This document shows, piece after piece, positions 1 to 8,257 of a stretch of 64,000 nucleotides of DNA (its first letter is position 1; the number at the start of each line of letters is the position of its first letter). The notes beneath the pieces are model-generated. The model saw only the letters and a program-made list of their open reading frames with translations, was not told the origin of the DNA and made no database searches. The stretch covers positions 1,376,001 to 1,440,000 of the forward strand of contig OY970229.1 in the NCBI GenBank assembly GCA_963714085.1, read 5' to 3'. Made by a program: the position numbers and the translations under genes. Source of the DNA: an uncultured Candidatus Micrarchaeota archaeon (GTDB taxonomy: Archaea > Micrarchaeota > Micrarchaeia > Anstonellales > Bilamarchaeaceae).

Positions 1-87
1 CGCTTCACGTTGGATGACGGGACGAAATTCGAGATCGAAGGAAGGAAGATGAGCTTCAGGCCCGAGGAGCGGCCGAAGAAGGTCTGA
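1..87 (+). CDS. rnp1: Ribonuclease P protein subunit Rpp29/POP4, 3' end only (5' truncated by window)
   Basis: Frame 1 reads RFTLDDGTKFEIEGRKMSFRPEERPKKV*, matching the C-terminal pattern of archaeal Rpp29 (..G..(L/M)..RPEER.KK); rpp29 normally precedes rps17. Confidence 0.8.
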   Translation, partial: RFTLDDGTKFEIEGRKMSFRPEERPKKV

Positions 88-486
88 CCTCTGTTTTCTA
101 ATCAGCCGCTGATTCGCTGCTTTCCTTATGCGCTCTTAGGGTGCGTCGTCTTCGCTCAGACTCGTGTTGAGCGGGCTTGACTTCTCGCCCCTTGCCTAGC
201 CTCGCATGATGCGGCTTATGTGCGCGAGCCTCTTTTCTGAGATCGCGAAGCTTTGAGTCGACGCGCTCGCCTATGCGGTCCATTAATATCTCAAAGCCCG
301 TTTTCGGAGCGAACAGTCTCGGCTCAGGAACCCTCCCAGCGCGCACTTCCATCATAAAGCCCTGAACCTTTGCCAATCCCGCTCTGATTGTCACCGCTAC
401 CACCGAGTTATAGTAGCGACTTACAGTTTAAAACATGTGCGGAGCTGGCCCGGTTTAGACCGGAGGAGCGGCCGAAGAAGGTGTGA
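55..486 (+). repeat. Imperfect 33-bp direct repeat (55-87 and 454-486) of the rpp29 3' end
   Basis: ttcaggcccgaggagcggccgaagaaggtctga vs tttagaccggaggagcggccgaagaaggtgtga; both encode FRPEERPKKV*. Confidence 0.9.
98..403 (-). CDS. Small basic hypothetical protein
   Basis: 101-aa GTG ORF with a TTTAAA TATA-like box ~25 nt upstream; no recognisable motif. Confidence 0.45.
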   Translation of the reverse strand: MVAVTIRAGLAKVQGFMMEVRAGRVPEPRLFAPKTGFEILMDRIGERVDSKLRDLRKEARAHKPHHARLGKGREVKPAQHESERRRRTLRAHKESSESAAD

Positions 487-595
487 CTTCTTCTGTTCGG
501 TGGAACCGAACGACTTGTTCGGAAATGCTAAACAGCGGTTTTCCTGGTGCCTACTCTTTTCCTGAAAAAAGCGGAATCGTTCGGTACCAGGTTCT

Positions 596-1051
596 CTACA
601 GTTTGAGCTTTATCACTGCGTTCTTCTCGCTCCTGAGCGTTACCTCGTGCTCCATGAACAATTCATCGACCTTCGACAGATCGAAGTGCCTCGGCTTCCC
701 GGACTTGTCCGCTGCCCGCAGCATCACCGTCCCTCCAGGCCCTGCGTCTATTATCGCCTTCTCGAGGTTCTCCACGTCCAGCTTGTGGTGGCTGGTCGGG
801 AACACGTGCACCACCTTCCCGGAAAGCGGTGGCCTGGGCTCCTGCGGCCCCTTGGGATAGAACCGTGGCTCATCGCGCGCGAGCACGCTCAGCGTCCTCG
901 CAGCGTCACGCAGCGCCGCCCTGGCTGCCGCTATCTCGCTCTCGGCTGCGGGATTGCGCGGCCTGGAAGCCATCGGTTTCATGGGCGCGGAGCCGCCCAT
1001 GCGCATCCTTCTCATAGCCGCGTTCCTGCTGCGTTTGTTCATCCTTGCCAT
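596..1051 (-). CDS. Truncated paralog of the neighbouring beta-helix protein (N-terminal cap region only)
   Basis: VHVFPT..DVENLEKAIIDAGPGGTVML..EVTLRSEKNAVI aligns with LEVYPT..DYAKIQNAVDIAAPGDRILL..DVALEGESGAVI of 1063..2550; start chosen at the ATG with a GTGA SD-like site. Confidence 0.6.
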   Translation of the reverse strand: MARMNKRSRNAAMRRMRMGGSAPMKPMASRPRNPAAESEIAAARAALRDAARTLSVLARDEPRFYPKGPQEPRPPLSGKVVHVFPTSHHKLDVENLEKAIIDAGPGGTVMLRAADKSGKPRHFDLSKVDELFMEHEVTLRSEKNAVIKLKL

Positions 1052-1062
1052 AATCATCACTT

Positions 1063-2550
1063 TCATGAGCGTGAGACGTATTCCGGCCATCTCTTCCTTC
1101 CTGCGTGGTCCATGGCGCGCCGGTGCCTGCCATGGTCCAGCCCGTCGAGCCTCGGCGCTGCGGCGTCCGCCATCCTCGCCTCGTAGCCCAGCAGCGAGTT
1201 CCCGTCATCGTCGTTGCGCTTCGGCTTCTGCCCGAGCACGGTGTTGTCGGACGCGTAGCGCATCCGTATCTCAGCGCGGCCCTCGAGCGAGTTCCCGAAC
1301 AGTATGTTCCTTTTAGCGTCCTCGGACTGGTCGCCGAAAAGCCCGAGCGAGCACGAGTGGCTCCCGGCCACGCTGTTCTGCCCGAGGATCGAATCGCTGC
1401 CCCTGTACAGGAGTATCCCAGCTTCCGCGTCACGCGCGAGCGAGAGGTGGTTGTCGAGAATCCTTCCGTTGTTGCATCCCGCGAGCGCTATGCCGATGGC
1501 GCCCGAGCCCAAGCCACGGTTGGAGATCCTGTTCGCGACCACCGCCGCCGAGTCGCAGCTGCCGAGCAGCATGCCGATCGGCTTGAACTCGGCGTCCTCG
1601 CAGAGTCCGTGCACCTCGTTGCCCGACACTATCGGGGACGGACAGCGATGCAGCGACACCGCAGAATGCCAGCCCTTGAACAGGTTGTCGCGTATGACCG
1701 CGCAGCAGCCATCCGAGCAGAACGCCGCTATGGCGTGGAACGGCTGCCTGTTGGTGAGCTCGTTCACCTCCATCCGGTTGCCCTCGATGAGCGCCCTCAC
1801 CGGCCCCTGGCAGTATATCCCGAACAGGTGGCTCTCATCGTAGAAGTTGAGCCTGCACCTGGACGACTGCGGGTTCAGCGACGAGACGGAGATCCGGTTG
1901 CACCTGGCGCGGAGCTGGGCCTTATCATCATCCGCCGTCACGTATACGCAGTGGTAGACGTCCTCGCAGGAGTTGTCCTCGAACACGAGGCTGCCGAGCC
2001 CCCCGTGCGACGCGGCCGCGAAATAGAGGAGCCGGAAGCTGATATTGCGGATCTCCACGGACGCGCCGCGCGTCACGATGAAGCCGCCGTTCAGCGCGGG
2101 GTCGGCGATGACCTTGCCGTGGTGCTGCGTGGTCCCCTCTATCACGGCGCCGCTCTCGCCCTCGAGCGCGACGTCCTTCCACACCCAGACCGCTCCGGAC
2201 GCGCGGAACACGCCCGATTTGAGCAGTATCCTGTCTCCGGGCGCGGCGATGTCCACCGCGTTCTGTATCTTGGCGTAATCGCGCGAGCCGTCGCCCGTCG
2301 GATACACCTCCAGCGTCCTGCGCCTCTGGTGGTTGGAGCGGAGCGTGGACGCGGCGTAGGCTGCCTCCAGCTGCGTGAGCGCGGACGCCGCGTTGCCCAG
2401 GGCGAGGGCTGCCTCCGAGACCTTGGAATGATACTCTGCTGCTGTGCTGTACGGGAGGGTCCTCAGCCTGTTGAGCGTGCGGGCGAATCCGGCGAGCGGG
2501 TAAGCGCGGCCGCGAGTCTTCTTTCTGCCCTTTGAGCGCAAGGCTGACAC
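1063..2550 (-). CDS. Right-handed parallel beta-helix (pectin lyase-like/NosD) protein, no signal peptide
   Basis: IQNAVD.A.PGD.I.LKSGVF cap motif followed by I.GN/I.DN/V.AN repeats. Confidence 0.8.
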   Translation of the reverse strand: MSALRSKGRKKTRGRAYPLAGFARTLNRLRTLPYSTAAEYHSKVSEAALALGNAASALTQLEAAYAASTLRSNHQRRRTLEVYPTGDGSRDYAKIQNAVDIAAPGDRILLKSGVFRASGAVWVWKDVALEGESGAVIEGTTQHHGKVIADPALNGGFIVTRGASVEIRNISFRLLYFAAASHGGLGSLVFEDNSCEDVYHCVYVTADDDKAQLRARCNRISVSSLNPQSSRCRLNFYDESHLFGIYCQGPVRALIEGNRMEVNELTNRQPFHAIAAFCSDGCCAVIRDNLFKGWHSAVSLHRCPSPIVSGNEVHGLCEDAEFKPIGMLLGSCDSAAVVANRISNRGLGSGAIGIALAGCNNGRILDNHLSLARDAEAGILLYRGSDSILGQNSVAGSHSCSLGLFGDQSEDAKRNILFGNSLEGRAEIRMRYASDNTVLGQKPKRNDDDGNSLLGYEARMADAAAPRLDGLDHGRHRRAMDHAGRKRWPEYVSRS

Positions 2551-2639
2551 GCTGTGAAATAGCAGGTAAATCTTATAAGCGTTGGTTCTGATGGGCGCCG
2601 TCTGCCACCTTTAAAAGATGTTTGCATTAGAGTAATTTT

Positions 2640-3320
2640 ATGCGTTCTAAAAAAAACCATGCCTGGGCGGAAGCCCAGGCCCGGTCCAAGGCCGGATTCG
2701 CCCATACGATCGAGCGCTACAAGAGCCGCATCGATGCGTCCGAGCGATACGCGGCGCGGATCGAGACCGAGCTCGCCGCGGTCATGGGGCAGGTTGAAAC
2801 TCTCCAAGACAAGAGCTACGTGCACCTGGATGCATGCAAGCGGCTCTACGGGGTGCTGACGAAAGGCACCGCGCGTCTTCTGGAAGAGGCTCCGGAACCG
2901 CAGGCGGTTCTGCGAAAGGCCGGGGCGGTTTTGAGCATCGGGCATACTGGTTTCTTACTGTCGGATTTCCTGAACCTCGGGGATAGTATGAACGCGCAGA
3001 TAGAAGCATATTCATCCGCATTGGCGATGTCCAGGGAGCTCATCGCGGAGCTCAGGTCGATCATAGAGGAGTTCGAGACCCGGGCGATGTCCCCAAAATC
3101 GCGCAGCGCAGCCATGGCGGAAGTCAGGACATTGTACGAATTCTTCGGAAAAAGCTCGGTGAACCTGAAGAAATGCGCCATGGGCTTCTGCGGCTCCGCG
3201 AACACTGTTTTCGAGGATATGCCGCAAAGGCTCGATGGCATAGGGAAAACGCTGGCGATGATAAAAGACCAGCTCCCTGCATCCGCGCACAAGGCGGCTG
3301 CCGACACGCGCTACCATTAG
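2640..3320 (+). CDS. Hypothetical helical/coiled-coil protein
   Basis: 226-aa ORF with TTTAAA upstream, divergent from the beta-helix gene. Confidence 0.6.
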   Translation: MRSKKNHAWAEAQARSKAGFAHTIERYKSRIDASERYAARIETELAAVMGQVETLQDKSYVHLDACKRLYGVLTKGTARLLEEAPEPQAVLRKAGAVLSIGHTGFLLSDFLNLGDSMNAQIEAYSSALAMSRELIAELRSIIEEFETRAMSPKSRSAAMAEVRTLYEFFGKSSVNLKKCAMGFCGSANTVFEDMPQRLDGIGKTLAMIKDQLPASAHKAAADTRYH

Positions 3321-3353
3321 CGCCGATCCGGGGAGCGCCCGGCGTCGGGCATG

Positions 3354-3560
3354 TTTATAAACCTTATCCCCCAAACCTCATGCTACAACAATCACTCTCG
3401 GCCATCCGTTGTGGCCCTTCGTGCGAACACCTCCCTGTTTTCTCAGGGAGATTCGCCCGTCGTGATATGGGGGTGCGACTCGCCTTCCGAATCGAAGAGT
3501 CGCGCGCCCGGAAGCAAGGAGACGCCCGGCATCAGGCAGGGCTATGTCAGAGGTTGTATT
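3354..3560 (+). promoter_or_regulatory. TATA box and long structured 5' leader of the rps17-secY operon
   Basis: TTTATAAA at 3354-3361; hairpins at 3400-3416, 3423-3456 and 3473-3505; GAGGT SD at 3550-3554. Confidence 0.55.
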
Positions 3561-3860
3561 ATGCCAGAAGTCTGTACGGATAAGAAATGCTACATACACG
3601 GGGGCCTCAAGGTCAGGGGCGGCAGGCTCACGGGCAGGGTCGTGAGCACCAAGGCGAAGAACACCGCCATAATCGAGCGGGACAGCACCAGGTTCTTCCA
3701 GAAGTACCAGAGGCGCGCGAAGGAGCGGTCGCACATAACCGCGCACCTGCCCGCATGCATGAAGATATCGCTTGGCGACATGGTGGTCCTTGGCGAGACC
3801 AGGAAGATAAGCAAGACCAAGGCGTGGACCGTTCTTGAAGTGGTTAAGAAGGAGAAGTGA
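3561..3860 (+). CDS. rps17: 30S ribosomal protein S17 (uS17)
   Basis: CTDKKCYIHG.LKVRG..LTGRVVS..KYQR..ETRKISKTK; start reassigned to the ATG after the SD. Confidence 0.97.
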   Translation: MPEVCTDKKCYIHGGLKVRGGRLTGRVVSTKAKNTAIIERDSTRFFQKYQRRAKERSHITAHLPACMKISLGDMVVLGETRKISKTKAWTVLEVVKKEK

Positions 3861-3865
3861 TTCTT

Positions 3866-4264
3866 ATGAAAGGTCTAGCAGGACATGTCACGAAGCCGCT
3901 CGTCCCGGGCACAAAGCTTATGTGCCATGACAACAGCGGCGCGAAGGTGATTGAGATTTTCGGGGTAGTCGGCGCGAAGAGCGTGCGGAGCAGGTACGTC
4001 TGCGCCGGAATCGGCCAGGTGGTCATCGCGTCGGTGAAGAAAGGGAACCCCGACATGGTGAAGAAGGTGGTGAAGGCGCTCATAATCAGGCAGAAGAAGG
4101 AGTTCCGCAGGCCCAACGGCATGCGCCTCTCGTTCGAGGACAACGCCGCGGTGCTCGTGACCGACGACGGCCTGCCCGTGGGCACGGAAGTGAAGGGAGT
4201 GGTCGCGAGGGAGATCTTCGAGAGGTTCCCGAAGGTCTCGGCCATATCCGCAGGCATAGTATAA
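3866..4264 (+). CDS. rpl14: 50S ribosomal protein L14 (uL14)
   Basis: DNSGAK..IIRQKKEFRRPNG.R.SFEDNAAV. Confidence 0.98.
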   Translation: MKGLAGHVTKPLVPGTKLMCHDNSGAKVIEIFGVVGAKSVRSRYVCAGIGQVVIASVKKGNPDMVKKVVKALIIRQKKEFRRPNGMRLSFEDNAAVLVTDDGLPVGTEVKGVVAREIFERFPKVSAISAGIV

Positions 4265-4274
4265 GGTGAAAAAG

Positions 4275-4787
4275 ATGAAATCCGACACCGAAAGGAAACA
4301 CTACTACAAAGCGAGGCTCCACGAGAAGACGAAGAGGATGCACGTGCACCTCTCCAAGGAGCTGCGCGCGAAGCTGAAGAGGAAGAGGCGCTCTCTCCTC
4401 GTGCGCGAGGGCGACAGGGTCAGGATCATGCGCGGCCCGGACCGGGGCAAGACCGTGAAGGTCGCGAGGGTGAGCCACCTGAGCATGAAGGTCTATTGCG
4501 AGGGGCTGGCGCTCAGGAACGCGAAGGGCAGGGAAGTGCCCAAGGCGCTCCAGCCGTCCAACCTCCTCCTCGTCGGGCTCGAGCAGACCAAGGAGAGGAA
4601 GGAGATATTCGCAGAGGAAGCGTTCGTGAAGAAAGAGGAGAAGAAAGTCGAGCCGAAGCCGGAAGCCAAGAGCGAGGCGAAGGCCGAAGCGAGGGCCGAG
4701 GCGAAACCCAAAACCGAGCCAGAGGCGAGGGTCGAGGCGAAACCCGCCGCGCCCACGGCTCCGGCAGCTGCCGCGGCCAAGAGGTGA
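4275..4787 (+). CDS. rpl24: 50S ribosomal protein L24 (uL24) with a Lys/Glu/Ala/Pro-rich C-terminal tail
   Basis: HLSKELR..RSLLVREGDRVRIMRG..PSNL; AGGTGA SD upstream. Confidence 0.96.
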   Translation: MKSDTERKHYYKARLHEKTKRMHVHLSKELRAKLKRKRRSLLVREGDRVRIMRGPDRGKTVKVARVSHLSMKVYCEGLALRNAKGREVPKALQPSNLLLVGLEQTKERKEIFAEEAFVKKEEKKVEPKPEAKSEAKAEARAEAKPKTEPEARVEAKPAAPTAPAAAAAKR

Positions 4788-4792
4788 TGTGA

Positions 4793-5509
4793 ATGGCGAA
4801 GAAAGGCGAAAAGAAGCACATGAAGAGGATCGCAAAGCCGAAGGCTATACCGATAACTGACAAGAAGGCCTCGAAGTTCATAATCAGGACCGCATGCGGG
4901 CCGCACCAGATGAAAGGCGCGGTGCCGCTCTCCGTGCTGCTCCGGGACATGCTCCATGTGGCCAAGAACGCGAAGGAGGCCAGGAACATACTCAACGGAA
5001 GGATGGTGGAGATAGACGGCACGGTCAGGACCGCGGAGGACTTCCCGGTTGGCATCATGGACGCCGTAGCATTGCCCAAGGCGGGCAAGTACTACCGCAT
5101 CGTGGTGGACTGGAAGAGCAGGCTCAAGGCCATCGAGATAACCAAGGAGGACTCCGGCAGGAAGATAATGCACGTGGTGCGCAAGCACGTGGCGCCAGGA
5201 GCGAAGATAAACCTCACGTTCCACGATGGCAGGAACATGCTGGGGGACAACAAGGTGCGCTGCGGGGACAGCGTCGTAGTGAGCCTCCCGAAGCCGAAGA
5301 TGCTCGAGCACCTCAAGCTGGAGCCGGGCGCGAGGTGCCTGGTCAGGGAGGGCAAGCACGCCGGCAGCATAGTCACGCTCAACGAACTGGTGGAGCGGAA
5401 GGCGCGCAGGCCTTCCGAGGCTAAGGTGACTGGCCCGGACAAGGACGAGTTCGTCACCGTCGCCAAGTACCTCTTCGTTGTGGACTCTAAATTCGGGGTG
5501 TCGCAATGA
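4793..5509 (+). CDS. rps4e: 30S ribosomal protein S4e (eS4)
   Basis: KHMKRIAKP..GPH..PL..LLRD..FPVGIMD..GKHAG. Confidence 0.97.
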   Translation: MAKKGEKKHMKRIAKPKAIPITDKKASKFIIRTACGPHQMKGAVPLSVLLRDMLHVAKNAKEARNILNGRMVEIDGTVRTAEDFPVGIMDAVALPKAGKYYRIVVDWKSRLKAIEITKEDSGRKIMHVVRKHVAPGAKINLTFHDGRNMLGDNKVRCGDSVVVSLPKPKMLEHLKLEPGARCLVREGKHAGSIVTLNELVERKARRPSEAKVTGPDKDEFVTVAKYLFVVDSKFGVSQ

Positions 5510-6012
5510 ACAAGATGCAGGAGATACTCATAGACAAGGTCACGGTCAACATCGGCGTGGGCGCGCCTGGCGAGCGGCTGGATTTCGCCAAGGAGCTGAT
5601 AAAGAGGCTCACGGACAGGACTCCGGTCGAGACCCTGGCCAAGAGGAGGGAACCGGTGTTCAAGCTCAGGAAGGGGCTCCCCATAGGCGCGAAGGTCACG
5701 CTGCGCAAAGCCGTGGCGCGCGCGTTCCTCGAGAAGGCGCTCGCCGCAAAGAGGCGCACGCTCTCGCCGCATAATTTCGACAAGACCGGGAACTTCGCCT
5801 TCGGGGTCGCCGAATACATCGACTTCCCGGGCGCGAAGTACGACCCTGCCATGGGCATGTTCGGCTTCGACGTCGCGGTCACGCTCGCCAGAAGGGGCAG
5901 GCGCGTCGCCTACAGGAAGATAATGCCGGCCGTGATAGGGGCCAAGCACAGGATAACAAAGGAGCAGGCAATGGACTTCGCACGCTCCGTTCTCAACGTC
6001 AAGGTGGAGTGA
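5506..6012 (+). CDS. rpl5: 50S ribosomal protein L5 (uL5)
   Basis: [35 protein letters not shown]. Confidence 0.98.
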   Translation: MNKMQEILIDKVTVNIGVGAPGERLDFAKELIKRLTDRTPVETLAKRREPVFKLRKGLPIGAKVTLRKAVARAFLEKALAAKRRTLSPHNFDKTGNFAFGVAEYIDFPGAKYDPAMGMFGFDVAVTLARRGRRVAYRKIMPAVIGAKHRITKEQAMDFARSVLNVKVE

Positions 6013-6016
6013 TTCG

Positions 6017-6178
6017 ATGAAGCTCGAAATGGATGAGAAATACAAGGGAAAAGGAAGGCGCGTGTGCCGGAACTGCGGCAACTCCCGCGGCCTGATACGC
6101 AAGTACGGGCTGCAGGTGTGCAGGAGATGCTTCAGGGAGATGGCAGAGGCACTCGGCTTCAGGAAATACGGTAGGTGA
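6017..6178 (+). CDS. rps14: 30S ribosomal protein S14 (uS14), Zn-ribbon type; not in the ORF track
   Basis: Manual translation: [53 protein letters not shown]. Confidence 0.97.
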   Translation: MKLEMDEKYKGKGRRVCRNCGNSRGLIRKYGLQVCRRCFREMAEALGFRKYGR

Positions 6179-6183
6179 TATGC

Positions 6184-6567
6184 ATGGTTGATCATCTTGC
6201 TGACGCTCTGAATACGCTCAAGACCCACGAGATGGTGGGGCAGGAACGCTGCACGGTCAAGGCGACCAAGCTCGTCAAGGACGTGCTCGGCCTGCTGAAG
6301 AAGCACCGCTACCTCAAGGAGTTCACGTTCGTGGAGGACGGCAGGGGAGGCGTCTTCGACGTCGCCCTTGACGGGAGGATAAACAACTGCGGCGTGGTCA
6401 AGCCGCGCACGGCGGTGAAGAGGACGGACTGGGCCAGGTGGGAGCAGCAGTTCATCCCCGGTGTCGGGGTAGGGCTGCTCATAGTGTCCACGCCCCAGGG
6501 CATAATGACGAACAGCGATGCCGACGAGCAGAAGCTGGGGGGAAGGCTCCTGGCGTATATATACTAG
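6184..6567 (+). CDS. rps8: 30S ribosomal protein S8 (uS8)
   Basis: DHLADAL..DGRGG..GRINNCGVVKPR..STPQGIM..GGRLLAY. Confidence 0.98.
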   Translation: MVDHLADALNTLKTHEMVGQERCTVKATKLVKDVLGLLKKHRYLKEFTFVEDGRGGVFDVALDGRINNCGVVKPRTAVKRTDWARWEQQFIPGVGVGLLIVSTPQGIMTNSDADEQKLGGRLLAYIY

Positions 6568-6575
6568 GTGTTCAT

Positions 6576-7064
6576 ATGATCGCGATGCCACAGGGAGTAT
6601 CGGTGCAGCTGTCCGGCAACAGGATCAGCGTGAAGGGGCCCAAGGGCACGGTGGAGAGGACGTTCAGCCCGCTGGTCGCGATAAGCGTCTCGGGCAACGA
6701 GATAAAGGTGGATGGCGACAAGATGCACGTCAACACCACCGAGAGCCTGCTCGCGGCCATGGCCAAGGGAGTGACGGAAGGGTACAAGAAGGAGCTCAAG
6801 ATCATATACGCGCACTTCCCCATCTCGCTCGAGGTCAAGGGCCAGGACGTCATAATAAAGAACTTCCAGGGCGAGAAGATGAACCGCAGGAGCAGGCTCG
6901 TAGGCGACACCAAGCTGGTCGCCAAGGGCCAGGCGGCGACATTGACCGGCTCGGACAAGGAGGCTATCGGCCAGAGCATGGCGAACCTCCGGACGGCGAT
7001 GCGGATAAAGGAGAAGGACGACCGCGTGTTCCAGGACGGGATCTACGAGATAGAGTCAGCATAG
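6576..7064 (+). CDS. rpl6: 50S ribosomal protein L6 (uL6)
   Basis: VKGPKG..GVTEGY..YAHFP..DRVFQDGIY. Confidence 0.97.
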   Translation: MIAMPQGVSVQLSGNRISVKGPKGTVERTFSPLVAISVSGNEIKVDGDKMHVNTTESLLAAMAKGVTEGYKKELKIIYAHFPISLEVKGQDVIIKNFQGEKMNRRSRLVGDTKLVAKGQAATLTGSDKEAIGQSMANLRTAMRIKEKDDRVFQDGIYEIESA

Positions 7065-7068
7065 AGGT

Positions 7069-7713
7069 ATGGCGCATATGGACGTTATGGATATCCTGAA
7101 AAGATACGTGGATGTCATCTACCCCTCTACGTTCAGGACAGCCATAGCCAAGGAGGCCAAGAAAGACGACGCCAAGCTCGTGTTCCTGAACGCGGTGCTA
7201 ATAGCCCTGTTCGGGGTCCTGACGCTGGTGGTCTCGTTCTACCTGTATTCCAGCATGCTGGACGCCATGTTCAGCGGCACGGGCGTCGCGGTCCCCGCAG
7301 AGGTCCCGCTGCTGCAGCAGAAGATGATGGAATCCGTGGCGCCGGTGTCGCTCGTCGTCAACTTCCTGGTCACGGTGCTGAGCTTCTACGTTTTCAACGT
7401 GTTCCTGTTCTACGTGTGCAGGGCGCTCGGCGGGGAAGGGAAGCTGGGCAACCAGCTCTACGTGACGTCCATGATAGGCGTGTCCATATCCGTGATCTAC
7501 AGCCTGGCCATGATACTCGGCGTCGGGCCCCTGGCGTGCGTCGCCGTGCCGATCGCGCTGCTGGCCATGCTGTACCTGCTCTTCCTCACCTATGTCACGG
7601 TGCGGACGGTGCACGGGAAGCTGGACATGGGGAGGGCCGCGGGGGCCGTCGTGATAGACGTGCTGGTGCTCGGCGTGCTCGCGCTACTGATAACCAAATA
7701 TTTCGGCGGATGA
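7069..7713 (+). CDS. YIP1-family polytopic membrane protein
   Basis: About five hydrophobic segments; N-terminal 'V.I.P..F' and 'RALGGEG' motifs and C-terminal 'VHG.L..GRA' are typical of Yip1. Confidence 0.75.
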   Translation: MAHMDVMDILKRYVDVIYPSTFRTAIAKEAKKDDAKLVFLNAVLIALFGVLTLVVSFYLYSSMLDAMFSGTGVAVPAEVPLLQQKMMESVAPVSLVVNFLVTVLSFYVFNVFLFYVCRALGGEGKLGNQLYVTSMIGVSISVIYSLAMILGVGPLACVAVPIALLAMLYLLFLTYVTVRTVHGKLDMGRAAGAVVIDVLVLGVLALLITKYFGG

Positions 7714-7726
7714 AAAGGTGTTTTGA

Positions 7727-8257
7727 ATGGTCAAAAAGAAGAACAAACCGAACTTCAACGTCCCGAACCTGGGCTTCATGACCGGCATCAAGAGCCGTTG
7801 GAGGAAGCCGAGGGGCACAGGCAACAAGAAGAGGAGGAAGTGCAGGTGGGCCGGCAAGTCGCCGCGCATCGGCTACAAGAACGCGCCGGCCGTCCGCGGG
7901 CTCCACCCGCTGGGTATGCCGGAGATCCTCATCTACACTCCAAGCCAGCTCAAGGCCGTGAAAGGCCATGTGGTGCGCATCGCGGCGCAGGTCGCGGCAA
8001 GGAAGGCCCTCGAGATCGAGAAAGCCGCCAAAAGCGCGGGACTCGTGGTCGTGAATCCGAGGAAGGTCGTTCCCAAGGAGAAGAAGGAAGCGAAGAAGGA
8101 AGCCAAGAACGTGGAGGCCAAGCCGGAGGCGAAACCCGCGGAGAAGAAGTCCGAGGCCAAGAAAGCCGAAGAGAAGGCGCTCGCCGCGGCGCAGAAGATC
8201 CCGGCGCCCATGAGCCAGGCGACCCATCCAGCTCCTATGAAAGGTGGTAGCATATGA
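7727..8257 (+). CDS. rpl32e: 50S ribosomal protein L32e with a C-terminal Lys/Glu/Ala tail
   Basis: WRKPRG..P.IGY..VRGLHP.G. Confidence 0.96.
   Translation: MVKKKNKPNFNVPNLGFMTGIKSRWRKPRGTGNKKRRKCRWAGKSPRIGYKNAPAVRGLHPLGMPEILIYTPSQLKAVKGHVVRIAAQVAARKALEIEKAAKSAGLVVVNPRKVVPKEKKEAKKEAKNVEAKPEAKPAEKKSEAKKAEEKALAAAQKIPAPMSQATHPAPMKGGSI

Noticed and set aside
3351..3560. N-terminal extension of S17 in the ORF track, or SRP/RNase P RNA
   Set aside because: The SD and family N-terminus place the start at 3561; hallmark SRP and RNase P motifs were not found
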